Origin: Candidatus Segetimicrobium genomatis
GTDB lineage: Bacteria; Sysuimicrobiota; Sysuimicrobiia; Sysuimicrobiales; Kaftiobacteriaceae
NCBI GenBank assembly: GCA_005882335.1
Contig: VBAP01000060.1
Location: 850-64,849, forward strand
Direction of reading: 5' to 3'
Length of the DNA stretch: 64,000 nt
This document shows positions 34,925-44,185 of the stretch, piece by piece; the stretch's first letter is position 1, and each line of letters begins with the position of its first letter. The translations under genes and the position numbers were made by a program. The notes below the pieces were generated by a model. It worked only from the letters and a program-made list of their open reading frames with translations, made no database searches and was not told where the DNA came from.

Positions 34925-36508
34925 ATGGTACCGATTCTGGCACTCCTGGAAGGAGGGTTCATCCTCGCCGCGGCGGGCGGAGCGCTGCTGGTCCTGGGCC
35001 GCCCGGAACTTGCGGGCTGGCATGATCTTGCGGAGGTGCTGGCCGGGGCCGGGACTCTGGCCCTGTCCTGCCTGCTGGCATTCTGCTACGCGGGTGTCTA
35101 TGATCGCCGGGTCATTCGTAGTTTCGAGGCGTTCCTGGGAAGCGTGCCCCGCGTGATCGCCGCAGCCGTCTTCCTGATGTTCCTCGCTGCCCAACTCGTC
35201 CCGGCGGCGCGCGTCCTCGATGACCCCATCGAGTCCAGTGTGCTGTTCGCCATCGCCGTCATCTTCGGACCCATCCTGCTGCTCCGCGCCGTGGTGTCCC
35301 GGGTGGTGCGCAGCCGCCGGTTCGTGCAGCGCCTGTTGATCGTCGGCGCCAGCCCGCTGGGCTGGCGCCTCGTCCACGAAATCGAGTCTCGGCTGGACTA
35401 CCGCTATGCTGTGGCGGCCATCGCCGATGACACCGCAGACCCCGCGGACGCTCCGATCGTGACGGGTCCACTCGACCGTCTCGATGAGATCGTCGACGGC
35501 ATCAGTCCCGACATGATCGTGCTGGCGCTGGCCGACTGGCGTGGGCGGCTTCCGGTCCGGGAGCTGCTCAAAGCCCGCGTCTACCGGGGGATTCCCATCG
35601 AAGAGGGTGTGGAAGTCTACGAGCGTCTCACCGGGAAACTGGCTATCGAGGCGTTGACCCCCAGCCACCTGATCTTTTCAGAGGGATTTCGCCAGTCCCG
35701 TCTGACCCAAGTCGTGCGGCGGAGCGTCAGCGTGCTCATCGCCACGGTGGGCCTCGTCGCCACTGCGCCGCTCTTCGCCCTCATCGCCCTGGCGATCACG
35801 CTGGATTCTCCGGGGCCGGTGCTGTTCGCGCAGCGACGCCTGGGGCTTCACGGGAGGCCGTTTGTCCTGATGAAGTTTCGCACCATGCATCCCACCAGTG
35901 CGCCGAGGTCGGAGTGGGAACAGGACAACCGCGATCGACTAACCCGGGTGGGAAGATGGTTGCGGCGCTTCTGGCTCGACGAGCTGCCGCAGTTGGTGAA
36001 CATTCTCCGCGGCGACATGGATCTGGTGGGCCCGCGACCGCACCCGGTGTCGAATGCCAATCTGTTCATCCGCAGCGTTCCGTACTACTCCCTGCGCATG
36101 GCCGTGCGTCCTGGTCTGACCGGCTGGGCACAGGTGCGGAACGGCTATGCCAACAACCTGAATGAAGAAACTGAGAAGATGCGCTATGACCTCTACTACA
36201 TCAAGCACCGCTCCATGTGGCTCGATCTCCTGATTCTGTTCGAAACGGTCAGGGTCATGCTTGGAGCTCGCGGCCGCGACGCCGTCGAGGAGCACGCCAT
36301 CGAACCGCGCCACGGCGGGCCGGTCCCCGCGACTCCGGCCGCGGCCCCGCTCACGCCTGCGGCAGGCGCGAACACTGCGGGGCGAACCGGGGGCGGGGGG
36401 ACAGGGGCCTGGCTGGGGTACCAACCGGCAGCGGATGGTGAGGCGGTGGGTGCGGCCGGAGAGGCGATGCGACCGTCTTCGTTCGAGGTTTTTGTTGGGC
36501 CGGAGTGA
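34925..36508 (+). CDS. Priming (undecaprenyl-phosphate) glycosyltransferase
   Basis: N-terminal TM helices; KFRTM, LDELPQLVNILRGDMDLVGPRP, RPGLTGWAQV, YDLYYI. Confidence 0.9.
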   Translation: MVPILALLEGGFILAAAGGALLVLGRPELAGWHDLAEVLAGAGTLALSCLLAFCYAGVYDRRVIRSFEAFLGSVPRVIAAAVFLMFLAAQLVPAARVLDDPIESSVLFAIAVIFGPILLLRAVVSRVVRSRRFVQRLLIVGASPLGWRLVHEIESRLDYRYAVAAIADDTADPADAPIVTGPLDRLDEIVDGISPDMIVLALADWRGRLPVRELLKARVYRGIPIEEGVEVYERLTGKLAIEALTPSHLIFSEGFRQSRLTQVVRRSVSVLIATVGLVATAPLFALIALAITLDSPGPVLFAQRRLGLHGRPFVLMKFRTMHPTSAPRSEWEQDNRDRLTRVGRWLRRFWLDELPQLVNILRGDMDLVGPRPHPVSNANLFIRSVPYYSLRMAVRPGLTGWAQVRNGYANNLNEETEKMRYDLYYIKHRSMWLDLLILFETVRVMLGARGRDAVEEHAIEPRHGGPVPATPAAAPLTPAAGANTAGRTGGGGTGAWLGYQPAADGEAVGAAGEAMRPSSFEVFVGPE

Positions 36509-36592
36509 TCGTGGCTTCCCAGGATACTCCGGCGCAGTGTCGGAACCGCCAGCGAGCGGCGAAGAGCCTGGCATGAGGGTGGTGGTGTTCCG

Positions 36593-37939
36593 GTGAGTCA
36601 GGTGCTTGAGCAAGCTGACACATCTGTGCAGTATGCTGCGCTACTCGACGCGCGGATTCGACAGCGGACGGCGGGCATCACCGTCGTCGGCCAGGGATAC
36701 GTGGGTCTGCCGCTGGCCGTCGAGCTGGCGCTGGCAGGTTTTCGCGTGACGGGTCTGGACACAGATGGGGGGAGGGTCACCGGACTCAACGCGGGTCGTT
36801 CGCATTCCCCGGACATCGACGAGGACGAACTGGCCGCGCTGGTGCAGGAACACCGGTACACGGCGACGACGGACTCCGGCGTGCTGGCGGACAGCGACGT
36901 CGTGATCATCTGTGTGCCGACGCCATTGCGCAAGTCAAAAGATCCCGACATCTCCTACGTCGTCGCCGCGGCCACCGAGGCCGCGGCCAAGTTCCGGCCG
37001 GGACAGCTGGTGATCCTGGAGAGCACCACCTACCCGGGAACGACGGAAGAAGTTCTCCTCCCTCTCTTTGCGGCGCGCGGCGCGACCGTGGGGGAAAACT
37101 TCTTCCTCACCTTCTCGCCGGAGCGCATCGATCCGGGGAACCGTACCTTCCGGCTCAGGGACATCACCAAGGTGGTGGGGGGAGTGACGCCGGCCTGCTC
37201 GCGCCTCGCGGCGCTGCTCTACGAGCAGATCGTCGACAAGGTCGTGGAGGTGTCGAGTCCCAAAGTGGCTGAGCTGGCCAAGTTGTACGAAAACGTGTTC
37301 AGAAACGTCAACATCGCCCTGGCCAACGAGTTTGCCTTGATGTGCCGCCGCCTGGACGTCCGCAGCCGTGAGGTGATCGAGGCGGCCGCCACCAAGCCGT
37401 TCGGCTTCCTGCCGTTCTATCCCGGTCCGGGCATCGGCGGGCATTGCATCCCAATCGATCCCAGCTACCTGGCCTGGAAGATGCGGCTCAACGGGTATGA
37501 GGCGCGCTTTATCCACCTCGCCGATGAGGTCAACCGCGCCATGCCGGCGTATGTGGTGGAGCTGGTCGCTGAAGGACTCAATCGCCGCCAGCGTGCGCTC
37601 AACGGCGCGCGGATCCTGGCGCTGGGAGTGTCGTATAAGCGCGGTGTGGGCGACACGCGGGAGTCGCCCGCCCTGGAGGTCCTCGCCCAATTAAGGCACC
37701 GGGGCGCGGAGATTGCGTACGCAGACCCATATGTGCCTGCGGTGGCCATCGATGGGGTTCTGGTGAACGCGGTCGAGCTCACCGACGAGCAGCTCAGCGC
37801 CGCCGATTGCGTCGTGATCCTGACAGACCACCCCGGCGTCAACTATCGGCGGGTCGTGGAACTGGCCCGCCTGGTCGTAGATACACGGAACGCCACGTGG
37901 GGAGTTCCCGTCCCCGCGGAGCGCGTCATTGTGTTGTAG
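36593..37939 (+). CDS. UDP-N-acetylhexosamine dehydrogenase (WbpA/WecC-like)
   Basis: GQGYVGLPLA, ICVPTPL, LESTTYPGTT, SPERIDPGN, GPGIGGHCIPIDP. Confidence 0.88.
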   Translation: MSQVLEQADTSVQYAALLDARIRQRTAGITVVGQGYVGLPLAVELALAGFRVTGLDTDGGRVTGLNAGRSHSPDIDEDELAALVQEHRYTATTDSGVLADSDVVIICVPTPLRKSKDPDISYVVAAATEAAAKFRPGQLVILESTTYPGTTEEVLLPLFAARGATVGENFFLTFSPERIDPGNRTFRLRDITKVVGGVTPACSRLAALLYEQIVDKVVEVSSPKVAELAKLYENVFRNVNIALANEFALMCRRLDVRSREVIEAAATKPFGFLPFYPGPGIGGHCIPIDPSYLAWKMRLNGYEARFIHLADEVNRAMPAYVVELVAEGLNRRQRALNGARILALGVSYKRGVGDTRESPALEVLAQLRHRGAEIAYADPYVPAVAIDGVLVNAVELTDEQLSAADCVVILTDHPGVNYRRVVELARLVVDTRNATWGVPVPAERVIVL

Positions 37940-37945
37940 GCGTCG

Positions 37946-38374
37946 ATGGCGGCCTCATCTGTTTTCGGCCCCAGCCGGGCGCGCCGGATCGCGCTCGATC
38001 TTCGGTATGCGCTGTTCGCGCTGGTCTACATCGCGATGCTGTCCTGGTTGTCCTCCCATCCTGAACCCAAGGCCCCCGGGAGCGGCGCCCTGGCGCAGCT
38101 GGCCATCAATCTCTATCACCTCCCGCTCTACGCCGGTCTCGGCTTCTTTGTCCTGGAGGCGATCTCGCGAGGGCAGGGGATGGCGTCGCACCGGTGGACG
38201 CGCGCCGGGGTCACGATCGTGGTAACCGGAGTGATCGCGGCGCTTGACGAGTGGCATCAACGCTATGTCCCTGGGCGGGACCCGTCGCTCTCGGACCTGT
38301 TCCTGGATCTTGCCGGCGTGGCGTGCCTGCTGCTGGCGTGTGGGCTAGGTACCCCACGGGAGTCGCGGCGTTGA
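37946..38374 (+). CDS. VanZ-like membrane protein
   Basis: HLPLYAGLG...LDEWHQRYVPGRDPSLSDLFLD. Confidence 0.85.
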   Translation: MAASSVFGPSRARRIALDLRYALFALVYIAMLSWLSSHPEPKAPGSGALAQLAINLYHLPLYAGLGFFVLEAISRGQGMASHRWTRAGVTIVVTGVIAALDEWHQRYVPGRDPSLSDLFLDLAGVACLLLACGLGTPRESRR

Positions 38375-39555
38375 GAGTCGTCAGCGTCGTCGGGGCGCGC
38401 CCAAACTTCGTGAAGATCGCCCCTCTCGCGCGGGAGATGAAGCGCCATCGGTGGATCGTCCCCACGTTGGTACACACCGGCCAGCACTACGACGACGCCA
38501 TGTCAGAACAGTTCTTCCGGGATCTGGAGATCGGGTTGCCTGACGTGAACCTCGGCGTCGGATCCGCGTCCCACGCGGTGCAGACCGCCGAAGTGATACG
38601 ACGGCTGGAGCCGCTGCTCGTCGGGTCGCGGCCCGACCTCGTGCTGGTTGTAGGGGACGTGAACTCAACGCTGGCCGCGGCGCTGACGGCCGTCAAGCTC
38701 CAGATCCCTGTGGCGCATGTCGAGGCGGGGCTGCGGAGTTTCGATCGCCGGATGCCCGAGGAAATCAACCGGCTGCTGACCGACGCGGTGGCGGACCTCC
38801 TCTTCGTCACGGAGGAAAGCGGACGCCAGAATCTCCTGCGCGAGGGGGTGGCCCGCGACAAGATCCACCTCGTCGGCAACGTCATGATCGACGCGCTGGA
38901 GATGTTTCGCAGCCGCTGGATGCGCTCCAAGATCTTCGACGTCCTCGGACTCGCACCCGACCGGGCCTACGCCGTGGTCACCCTCCACCGGCCATCCAAT
39001 GTGGATGATCCGGCGACCCTGGCGCGTTTCATCGCGGCGCTGGACGAATTATCGTCACGGCTGCCCGTCATCTTCCCTGTGCACCCCAGAGCCAGAGCGC
39101 GGCTGGACCGCGGGGGCCTGGCCGCCGGCGCCAGCGGATCCGCCGCCCATGCCAATGGGGACCGGGGCCTCGTGTTCCTCGACCCCCTGGGCTACCTCGA
39201 CTTCATCGCGCTGCTCAGCCGGGCTCGGGTTGTCTTGACGGATTCGGGAGGGGTGCAGGAGGAGACGACGGGACTGGGCGTGCCGTGTCTCACACTCCGC
39301 GAAAACACCGAGCGCCCGGTCACCGTGACGCACGGGACCAACCGGGTGATCGGCACGGATCCGGATTGCATCGCCAAAGAAGCGTTGCGAACTCTAGAAG
39401 AGCCCCCCGTGCCGCGCCGCCGTCCTCCCCAGTGGGACGGGCATGCCGCGGGCCGGATTCTCAGCGTCTTGCGCCGGCGGTGGGAGGGTGCCGCGGAGGT
39501 CCCAGCCGCGGTGGTCCGCGTGCCGATGGAACTCGGGGCCGGCCGCGACGCATGA
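38371..39555 (+). CDS. wecB: UDP-N-acetylglucosamine 2-epimerase (non-hydrolysing)
   Basis: TTG start overlapping the VanZ stop; VGARPNFVK, HTGQHYD, HVEAGLRS, PEEINR, TDSGGVQEE, TERP. Confidence 0.92.
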   Translation: MRVVSVVGARPNFVKIAPLAREMKRHRWIVPTLVHTGQHYDDAMSEQFFRDLEIGLPDVNLGVGSASHAVQTAEVIRRLEPLLVGSRPDLVLVVGDVNSTLAAALTAVKLQIPVAHVEAGLRSFDRRMPEEINRLLTDAVADLLFVTEESGRQNLLREGVARDKIHLVGNVMIDALEMFRSRWMRSKIFDVLGLAPDRAYAVVTLHRPSNVDDPATLARFIAALDELSSRLPVIFPVHPRARARLDRGGLAAGASGSAAHANGDRGLVFLDPLGYLDFIALLSRARVVLTDSGGVQEETTGLGVPCLTLRENTERPVTVTHGTNRVIGTDPDCIAKEALRTLEEPPVPRRRPPQWDGHAAGRILSVLRRRWEGAAEVPAAVVRVPMELGAGRDA

Positions 39556-39595
39556 GCGTGGCCCATCGGGCCAAGGCTCCCCGGAGGATATGGAG

Positions 39596-40285
39596 ATGAT
39601 GAGGGGATCGCAAAATGTGGCCGACGTGCTCCGACACTTCGACAGCACGGCCGGACAGTTTGACGCCATCTATTCGTCCACCCGGCTGGTCGACCGGATC
39701 TTCCGGCGGGACATGTACGACCGGTTCCAACGCACAGTGGAGCAGTGTGAACCCATTCGAGGCAAGTCGGTCTTGGACGTGGGCTGCGGATCCGGCCAGT
39801 ATGCGATCGCGCTGGCCCAACGCGGCGCAGGCGAGGTGGTGGGGTTGGACTTTGCCCAACACATGCTCGACATCGCCGAGGAGAAAGCGCGGCAGGCCGG
39901 GGTCGCCGATCGGTGCCGGTTCATCCGCGACGAGTTCCTGGCCTATCCCTCCACCCGGCGCTTCGACTATGTGCTGGCCATCGGCTTCTTCGACTACGTC
40001 CGCGACCCCGTACCTTTTCTGGCGCGGGCGCGCGACCTGACGGGCGAGAAGTTCGTCGCCACGTTCCCACGGCTGTTCACCTGGCGGGCGCCGGTCCGCA
40101 AGGTCCGCCTGACGCTCCGCCGGTGTCCGGTCTTCTTCTACAGCCGCGCGCGCGTGGCCGCCCTGATGCACCAGGCCGGGCTGGCCGTGGACCTGCTGGA
40201 CACCTGCGGGCAGTTGTATTTCGTGGCCGGGACGCCGGCGAACGCCCGGCGCACCCGCGGAGGGGGGACCGAGGATGCACCCTGA
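39596..40285 (+). CDS. Class I SAM-dependent methyltransferase
   Basis: VLDVGCGSG, VVGLDF, FDYVLAIGFFDY; GGAGG RBS at 39583. Confidence 0.85.
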   Translation: MMRGSQNVADVLRHFDSTAGQFDAIYSSTRLVDRIFRRDMYDRFQRTVEQCEPIRGKSVLDVGCGSGQYAIALAQRGAGEVVGLDFAQHMLDIAEEKARQAGVADRCRFIRDEFLAYPSTRRFDYVLAIGFFDYVRDPVPFLARARDLTGEKFVATFPRLFTWRAPVRKVRLTLRRCPVFFYSRARVAALMHQAGLAVDLLDTCGQLYFVAGTPANARRTRGGGTEDAP

Positions 40286-41279
40286 CACACCGGTGGCACT
40301 GTTCTCGACCTGTCCGGCGTTTGACGGCGCGCCGGAGGGTGGGTATCTCCGACGGGTCATCGATGTGGCCCGCTGGAGCGACGAGGCGGGATGCACGGGC
40401 ATCCTCGTGTATACCGACAACAGCCAACTCGATGCCTGGCTCGTCGCGCAGCTCATCATCCAGCAGACCAAGGCGCTCTCGCCGCTGGTGGCCGTCCAGC
40501 CCGTGTACATGCATCCCTACACGGTGGCCAAGATGGTGACCTCTCTCGCCCAGCTGCACGGACGGCGGCTCTACCTGAACATGGTCGCGGGCGGCTTCAA
40601 GAACGACCTGGTGGCGCTGCACGACACGACGCCGCATGATGAACGGTATGCCCGGCTGGTCGAGTACACCGCCATCATCGCCCAACTCCTCCGCGGAGAC
40701 CCGGTGAGCAGCGCCGGGACCTATTACCACGTCGACAAGCTGAAGCTGACACCGTCCGTACCGTCAGAGCTGTTCCCGGGGATCTTCGTCTCCGGTTCCT
40801 CTGAGGGGGGCCTGACCGCCGCGCGCGCGCTGGGCGCCACCGCGGTCAAGTACCCGAAGCCGGCGGATGAAGAAGCGGTGCCGCCGCTGGGGATCCCATT
40901 TGGGATTCGGGTCGGCATCATCGCGCGCGACACGGACGACGACGCGTGGGGGGTGGCCCATGCCCGCTTTCCCGAAGACCGCCGCGGCCAGCTCACCCGC
41001 CAGCTGGCGACGAAGATCTCGGACTCGGTGTGGCACAAGCAGATCTCCGAGATGGCGGCGCAGACCCACGGCAGCCCGTACTGGCTGGTGCCGTTTGAGA
41101 ACTACAAGACGATGTGCCCCTACCTGGTGGGGAGCCACGACCGGGTCGCCCGCGAGATCGGTCGGTACATGGGGCTGGGATACAGAACGTTCATTCTTGA
41201 CATTCCTACACAGCGCGAGGATCTCGATCACATCCGCCGTGTCTTCGAGCGGGCCACGGTGACGCTGGCCAGCGCATGA
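40275..41279 (+). CDS. LLM-class flavin-dependent monooxygenase (SsuD-like)
   Basis: LSPLVAVQPVYMHP, GRRLYLNMVAG, FVSGSSEGG, YLVGSHDRVA. Confidence 0.82.
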   Translation: MHPDTPVALFSTCPAFDGAPEGGYLRRVIDVARWSDEAGCTGILVYTDNSQLDAWLVAQLIIQQTKALSPLVAVQPVYMHPYTVAKMVTSLAQLHGRRLYLNMVAGGFKNDLVALHDTTPHDERYARLVEYTAIIAQLLRGDPVSSAGTYYHVDKLKLTPSVPSELFPGIFVSGSSEGGLTAARALGATAVKYPKPADEEAVPPLGIPFGIRVGIIARDTDDDAWGVAHARFPEDRRGQLTRQLATKISDSVWHKQISEMAAQTHGSPYWLVPFENYKTMCPYLVGSHDRVAREIGRYMGLGYRTFILDIPTQREDLDHIRRVFERATVTLASA

Positions 41280-42907
41280 GCAGCCTGACCGTCGAGCGTC
41301 TCGATCAATGGGTCAGCGTTCAGGCGGCGCGCCGCCCGTGGGCCGGGGCAGTCGTGCTGAGCGGCGAGCGTCTGACGTACAGCCAGCTGGACGGCGCGTC
41401 GAACCGCCTGGCCCGCTGTCTGATCGCCAGCGGGTGCCGCGCTGGCGACCGCGTCGCTCTCTTGATGCCGAAGTCCCCGGCCGCGATTGCCTGCATTGTC
41501 GGGATCTACAAGGCCGGATGTATTTACGTGCCGCTCGACCCCGCGGGTCCTGCGCGGAGGCTGGGCACGATCCTGCACTCCTGCGAGCCCGGGTGGATCG
41601 TCGCCGCCGGGCCCGTGGGGGGCATCCTGGATGAGCTCTTCCAGGATGAACAGATTCGCGAAGGGACGCGGGTCGGCTGGCTGGGATCCGATCGCGTGGA
41701 GGGCCGGCAGATCGGGGCGGAGCACTGGACGCCCGCGTTACCGGACTTTCCGGACGCGCCCGTGGACGTCCCCACGAGGGGGCGCGATCTGGCGCACATC
41801 TTCTACACCTCCGGCTCCACCGGCGCACCCAAGGGTGTGATGATCACGCACGACAATGTCATGCATTTCGTGGAGTGGGCCGTACGACATTTCGGCGTGC
41901 GCCCCGGCGACAGGATCTCGGGCCACTCACCGCTCCACTTTGATCTCTCGATGTTCGACATCTTCGGCACCTTTGCCGCCGGCGGCGAGCTGTATCTCGT
42001 GCCGCCGGAGCTCAACATTCAGCCCGCCAAACTCGCCGAGTTCATCCGCACGAGCGCGTTGACGCAGTGGTTTTCCGTTCCTTCTATTCTCAACTACATG
42101 GCCAAGTTCGACGTGGTTCGGTTTCGCGACTTCCCGGCCCTGCGGCGGCTTCTGTGGTGTGGGGAGGTGTGTCCCACGCCTGCGCTCATCTACTGGATGC
42201 GACGGCTCCCCCACGTGACGTTCACGAATCTCTACGGTCCCACGGAAACGACCATCGCCAGCAGCCATTACACCCTCCCGGGCTGCCCGACAGACGAAAC
42301 GGCCGCGGTTCCGATCGGCACAGCTTGTCCTGGAGAGGAGCTGGTCATCCTCAGCGACGAGCTCCGGCCGGTACCGGCCGGCACCGTCGGTGAGGTTTGC
42401 ATCCGCGGGGTTGGGCTCAGCCCCGGCTACTGGCGGGATCCGGAGCGCACCGATGCGGCATTCATCCCCGATCCGCAGCGCGCCGATCCGGGCGGCCGCC
42501 TCTACAGGACGGGCGACCTGGCCAGACTCGGGGAAGACGGCCTGGTGTACTTTCTCGGCCGCAAAGACTCCCAGATCAAGAGTCGAGGCTACCGGATCGA
42601 ACTTGGCGAGGTTGAGACGGCGGTCAGGACGCTGGACGGGGTGGCGGACTGCGCGGTGGTGGCCATCGGCACCGAGGGATTCGAAGGGGCGTTGATCTGT
42701 TGCGCGTACGTGCCCAGGCCGGGTAAGGAGGTCAGCGCCGCCCGGCTCCGGGGGGCGCTGAGTGAGATGCTTCCTGGCTACATGCTGCCGTTCCGCTGGA
42801 TGGCCTTTGATGCGCTTCCGACCAACGCGAACGGCAAGGTCGACCGTCGCTGGCTTAAAGAGACGTTTCAGGCATCGCGCGAACGTGAGACTCAAGCCCA
42901 TCGATAG
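41276..42907 (+). CDS. Stand-alone amino acid adenylation enzyme (DltA-like)
   Basis: LTYSQL, YVPLDP, YTSGSTGAPKG, HFDLS, WCGE, NLYGPTE, YRTGDL, QIKSRGYRIELGEVE, NGKVDR. Confidence 0.9.
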   Translation: MSSLTVERLDQWVSVQAARRPWAGAVVLSGERLTYSQLDGASNRLARCLIASGCRAGDRVALLMPKSPAAIACIVGIYKAGCIYVPLDPAGPARRLGTILHSCEPGWIVAAGPVGGILDELFQDEQIREGTRVGWLGSDRVEGRQIGAEHWTPALPDFPDAPVDVPTRGRDLAHIFYTSGSTGAPKGVMITHDNVMHFVEWAVRHFGVRPGDRISGHSPLHFDLSMFDIFGTFAAGGELYLVPPELNIQPAKLAEFIRTSALTQWFSVPSILNYMAKFDVVRFRDFPALRRLLWCGEVCPTPALIYWMRRLPHVTFTNLYGPTETTIASSHYTLPGCPTDETAAVPIGTACPGEELVILSDELRPVPAGTVGEVCIRGVGLSPGYWRDPERTDAAFIPDPQRADPGGRLYRTGDLARLGEDGLVYFLGRKDSQIKSRGYRIELGEVETAVRTLDGVADCAVVAIGTEGFEGALICCAYVPRPGKEVSAARLRGALSEMLPGYMLPFRWMAFDALPTNANGKVDRRWLKETFQASRERETQAHR

Positions 42908-43391
42908 TCCCGAACTCATCGCGCTGGTGGCGGGGTGGCTGTCGCAGAAGGAGAACTCCCAGTGGCTCGACTTCGGCGACGGCAGGCAGACCCTCACCCC
43001 GGAGTGGCTGAAGATCATGACCCAGCGAGACGGCCATCTGCTGCGCGTCTTTACCCGCGACGAGGATGACACTCCCATCGGCCTGGTGGCTCTCAGCGAG
43101 ATCAACCGGCACTTTCAGACGGCGAGGATCTGGGTGGTGGTGGGCGACAAGTCGTTCTTGTCACGCGGCTACGGGACGCGCGCCACGGCGGCGATGCTCA
43201 CGGTGGCATTTCGGGACCTCGGGCTGCACTCTGTGAACACATGGATCGTGGAAGGGAACCCCTCATTGCGGATGGCGCCGCGGCTGCACTTCACGCTGGT
43301 GGGACGCCAGCGCCAGTGCCACTACATCGACGGGCGATCCTATGACAGGTTCTGGTTCGACATCCTGGCCTCTGAGCACAAGGAGTCGTGA
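42885..43391 (+). CDS. GNAT N-acyltransferase (RimJ/RimL-like)
   Basis: GTG start at 42885; PIGLVAL, RGYGTRA, AFRDLGLHSV, GNPS. Confidence 0.8.
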   Translation: MRLKPIDSPELIALVAGWLSQKENSQWLDFGDGRQTLTPEWLKIMTQRDGHLLRVFTRDEDDTPIGLVALSEINRHFQTARIWVVVGDKSFLSRGYGTRATAAMLTVAFRDLGLHSVNTWIVEGNPSLRMAPRLHFTLVGRQRQCHYIDGRSYDRFWFDILASEHKES

Positions 43392-43392
43392 G

Positions 43393-43722
43393 GTGAACGG
43401 TCCCGCACTGCTGCAGGAACGGATCGGCAAACTGATCCTGGACGGGATCAACGTGGAGGTCCCGTCGGTCGACACGGACCTGTTCGACACGGGAGTGCTC
43501 GACTCGCTGGCGTTCGTGGAGCTCCTGCTGCACCTGGAGCGGGAGTTTGGCGTCCAGATTTCCATCGAGGAACTGGAGATCGAACGCTTCCGTTCGATCG
43601 AGCGGATCGCCGAGTTCATCGCTAGTCAGGTCGGTTCCGCCGCCGCTCCATCCGGCGAGTGGAGGGAGCCGTCCGCGGGATCGGGGAACGGGGCGGGGAG
43701 TGGCCGTGGACGCCCAGGCTAG
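43393..43722 (+). CDS. Acyl/aminoacyl carrier protein (DltC-like)
   Basis: DLFDTGVLDSLAFVELLLHLEREFGVQI with the phosphopantetheine Ser in DSL. Confidence 0.88.
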   Translation: MNGPALLQERIGKLILDGINVEVPSVDTDLFDTGVLDSLAFVELLLHLEREFGVQISIEELEIERFRSIERIAEFIASQVGSAAAPSGEWREPSAGSGNGAGSGRGRPG

Positions 43723-44185
43723 ACGGCGTGCCCTGCGCCTGGTCACCAACGGGATGTTCGTGATGACGGCGCGGGACGGCGACCACTACGGCGTGGCGAC
43801 GCTGACGTGGTTGTCCCAGGCCTCGTTCAAGCCCCCGCTCCTCATGGTGGGAGTGCGGCCGGCCAGCAACGTGTTCCAGTGCCTGACCCGAAGCGGATTC
43901 GCGGCGGTGCATGTCCTCGGGGCGGACCAACAGGAAGTGGCCCTGAAATTCTTCTCTCCCACCCAGGTCACCGACGGCCAGATCAACGGGGAGCCGTTCA
44001 CCGACGGTGTGACCGGGGCGCCCCTCTTCCCGCGTCTGCGCGCTTGGGTGGAGTGTCGTGTGGTGCGGATCGTCGACGCCGGGGGCGATCACGCGGTCGT
44101 CATCATGGAAGTGGTCGAGGCGAAGTGTCCCGGATCCTTTGAGCCGCTGACCGTCGCGGCGTCGCCCTGGGTGTACGGGGGATGA
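43706..44185 (+). CDS. Flavin reductase-like protein
   Basis: GMFVMT, WLSQASFKPP, GAPL, ECRV, GDHAV. Confidence 0.88.
   Translation: MDAQARRRALRLVTNGMFVMTARDGDHYGVATLTWLSQASFKPPLLMVGVRPASNVFQCLTRSGFAAVHVLGADQQEVALKFFSPTQVTDGQINGEPFTDGVTGAPLFPRLRAWVECRVVRIVDAGGDHAVVIMEVVEAKCPGSFEPLTVAASPWVYGG

Noticed and set aside
36270..36508. Low-complexity C-terminal tail on the priming glycosyltransferase
   Set aside because: It is probably a disordered extension, with no sign of a further domain or frameshift.
37946..38374. Glycopeptide resistance (vanZ)
   Set aside because: VanZ-like proteins are common in polysaccharide loci, and no other van genes are present.
41276..43722. Canonical dlt teichoic-acid D-alanylation operon, or a true NRPS
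   Set aside because: There is no DltB/DltD and no condensation or thioesterase domain in the window.
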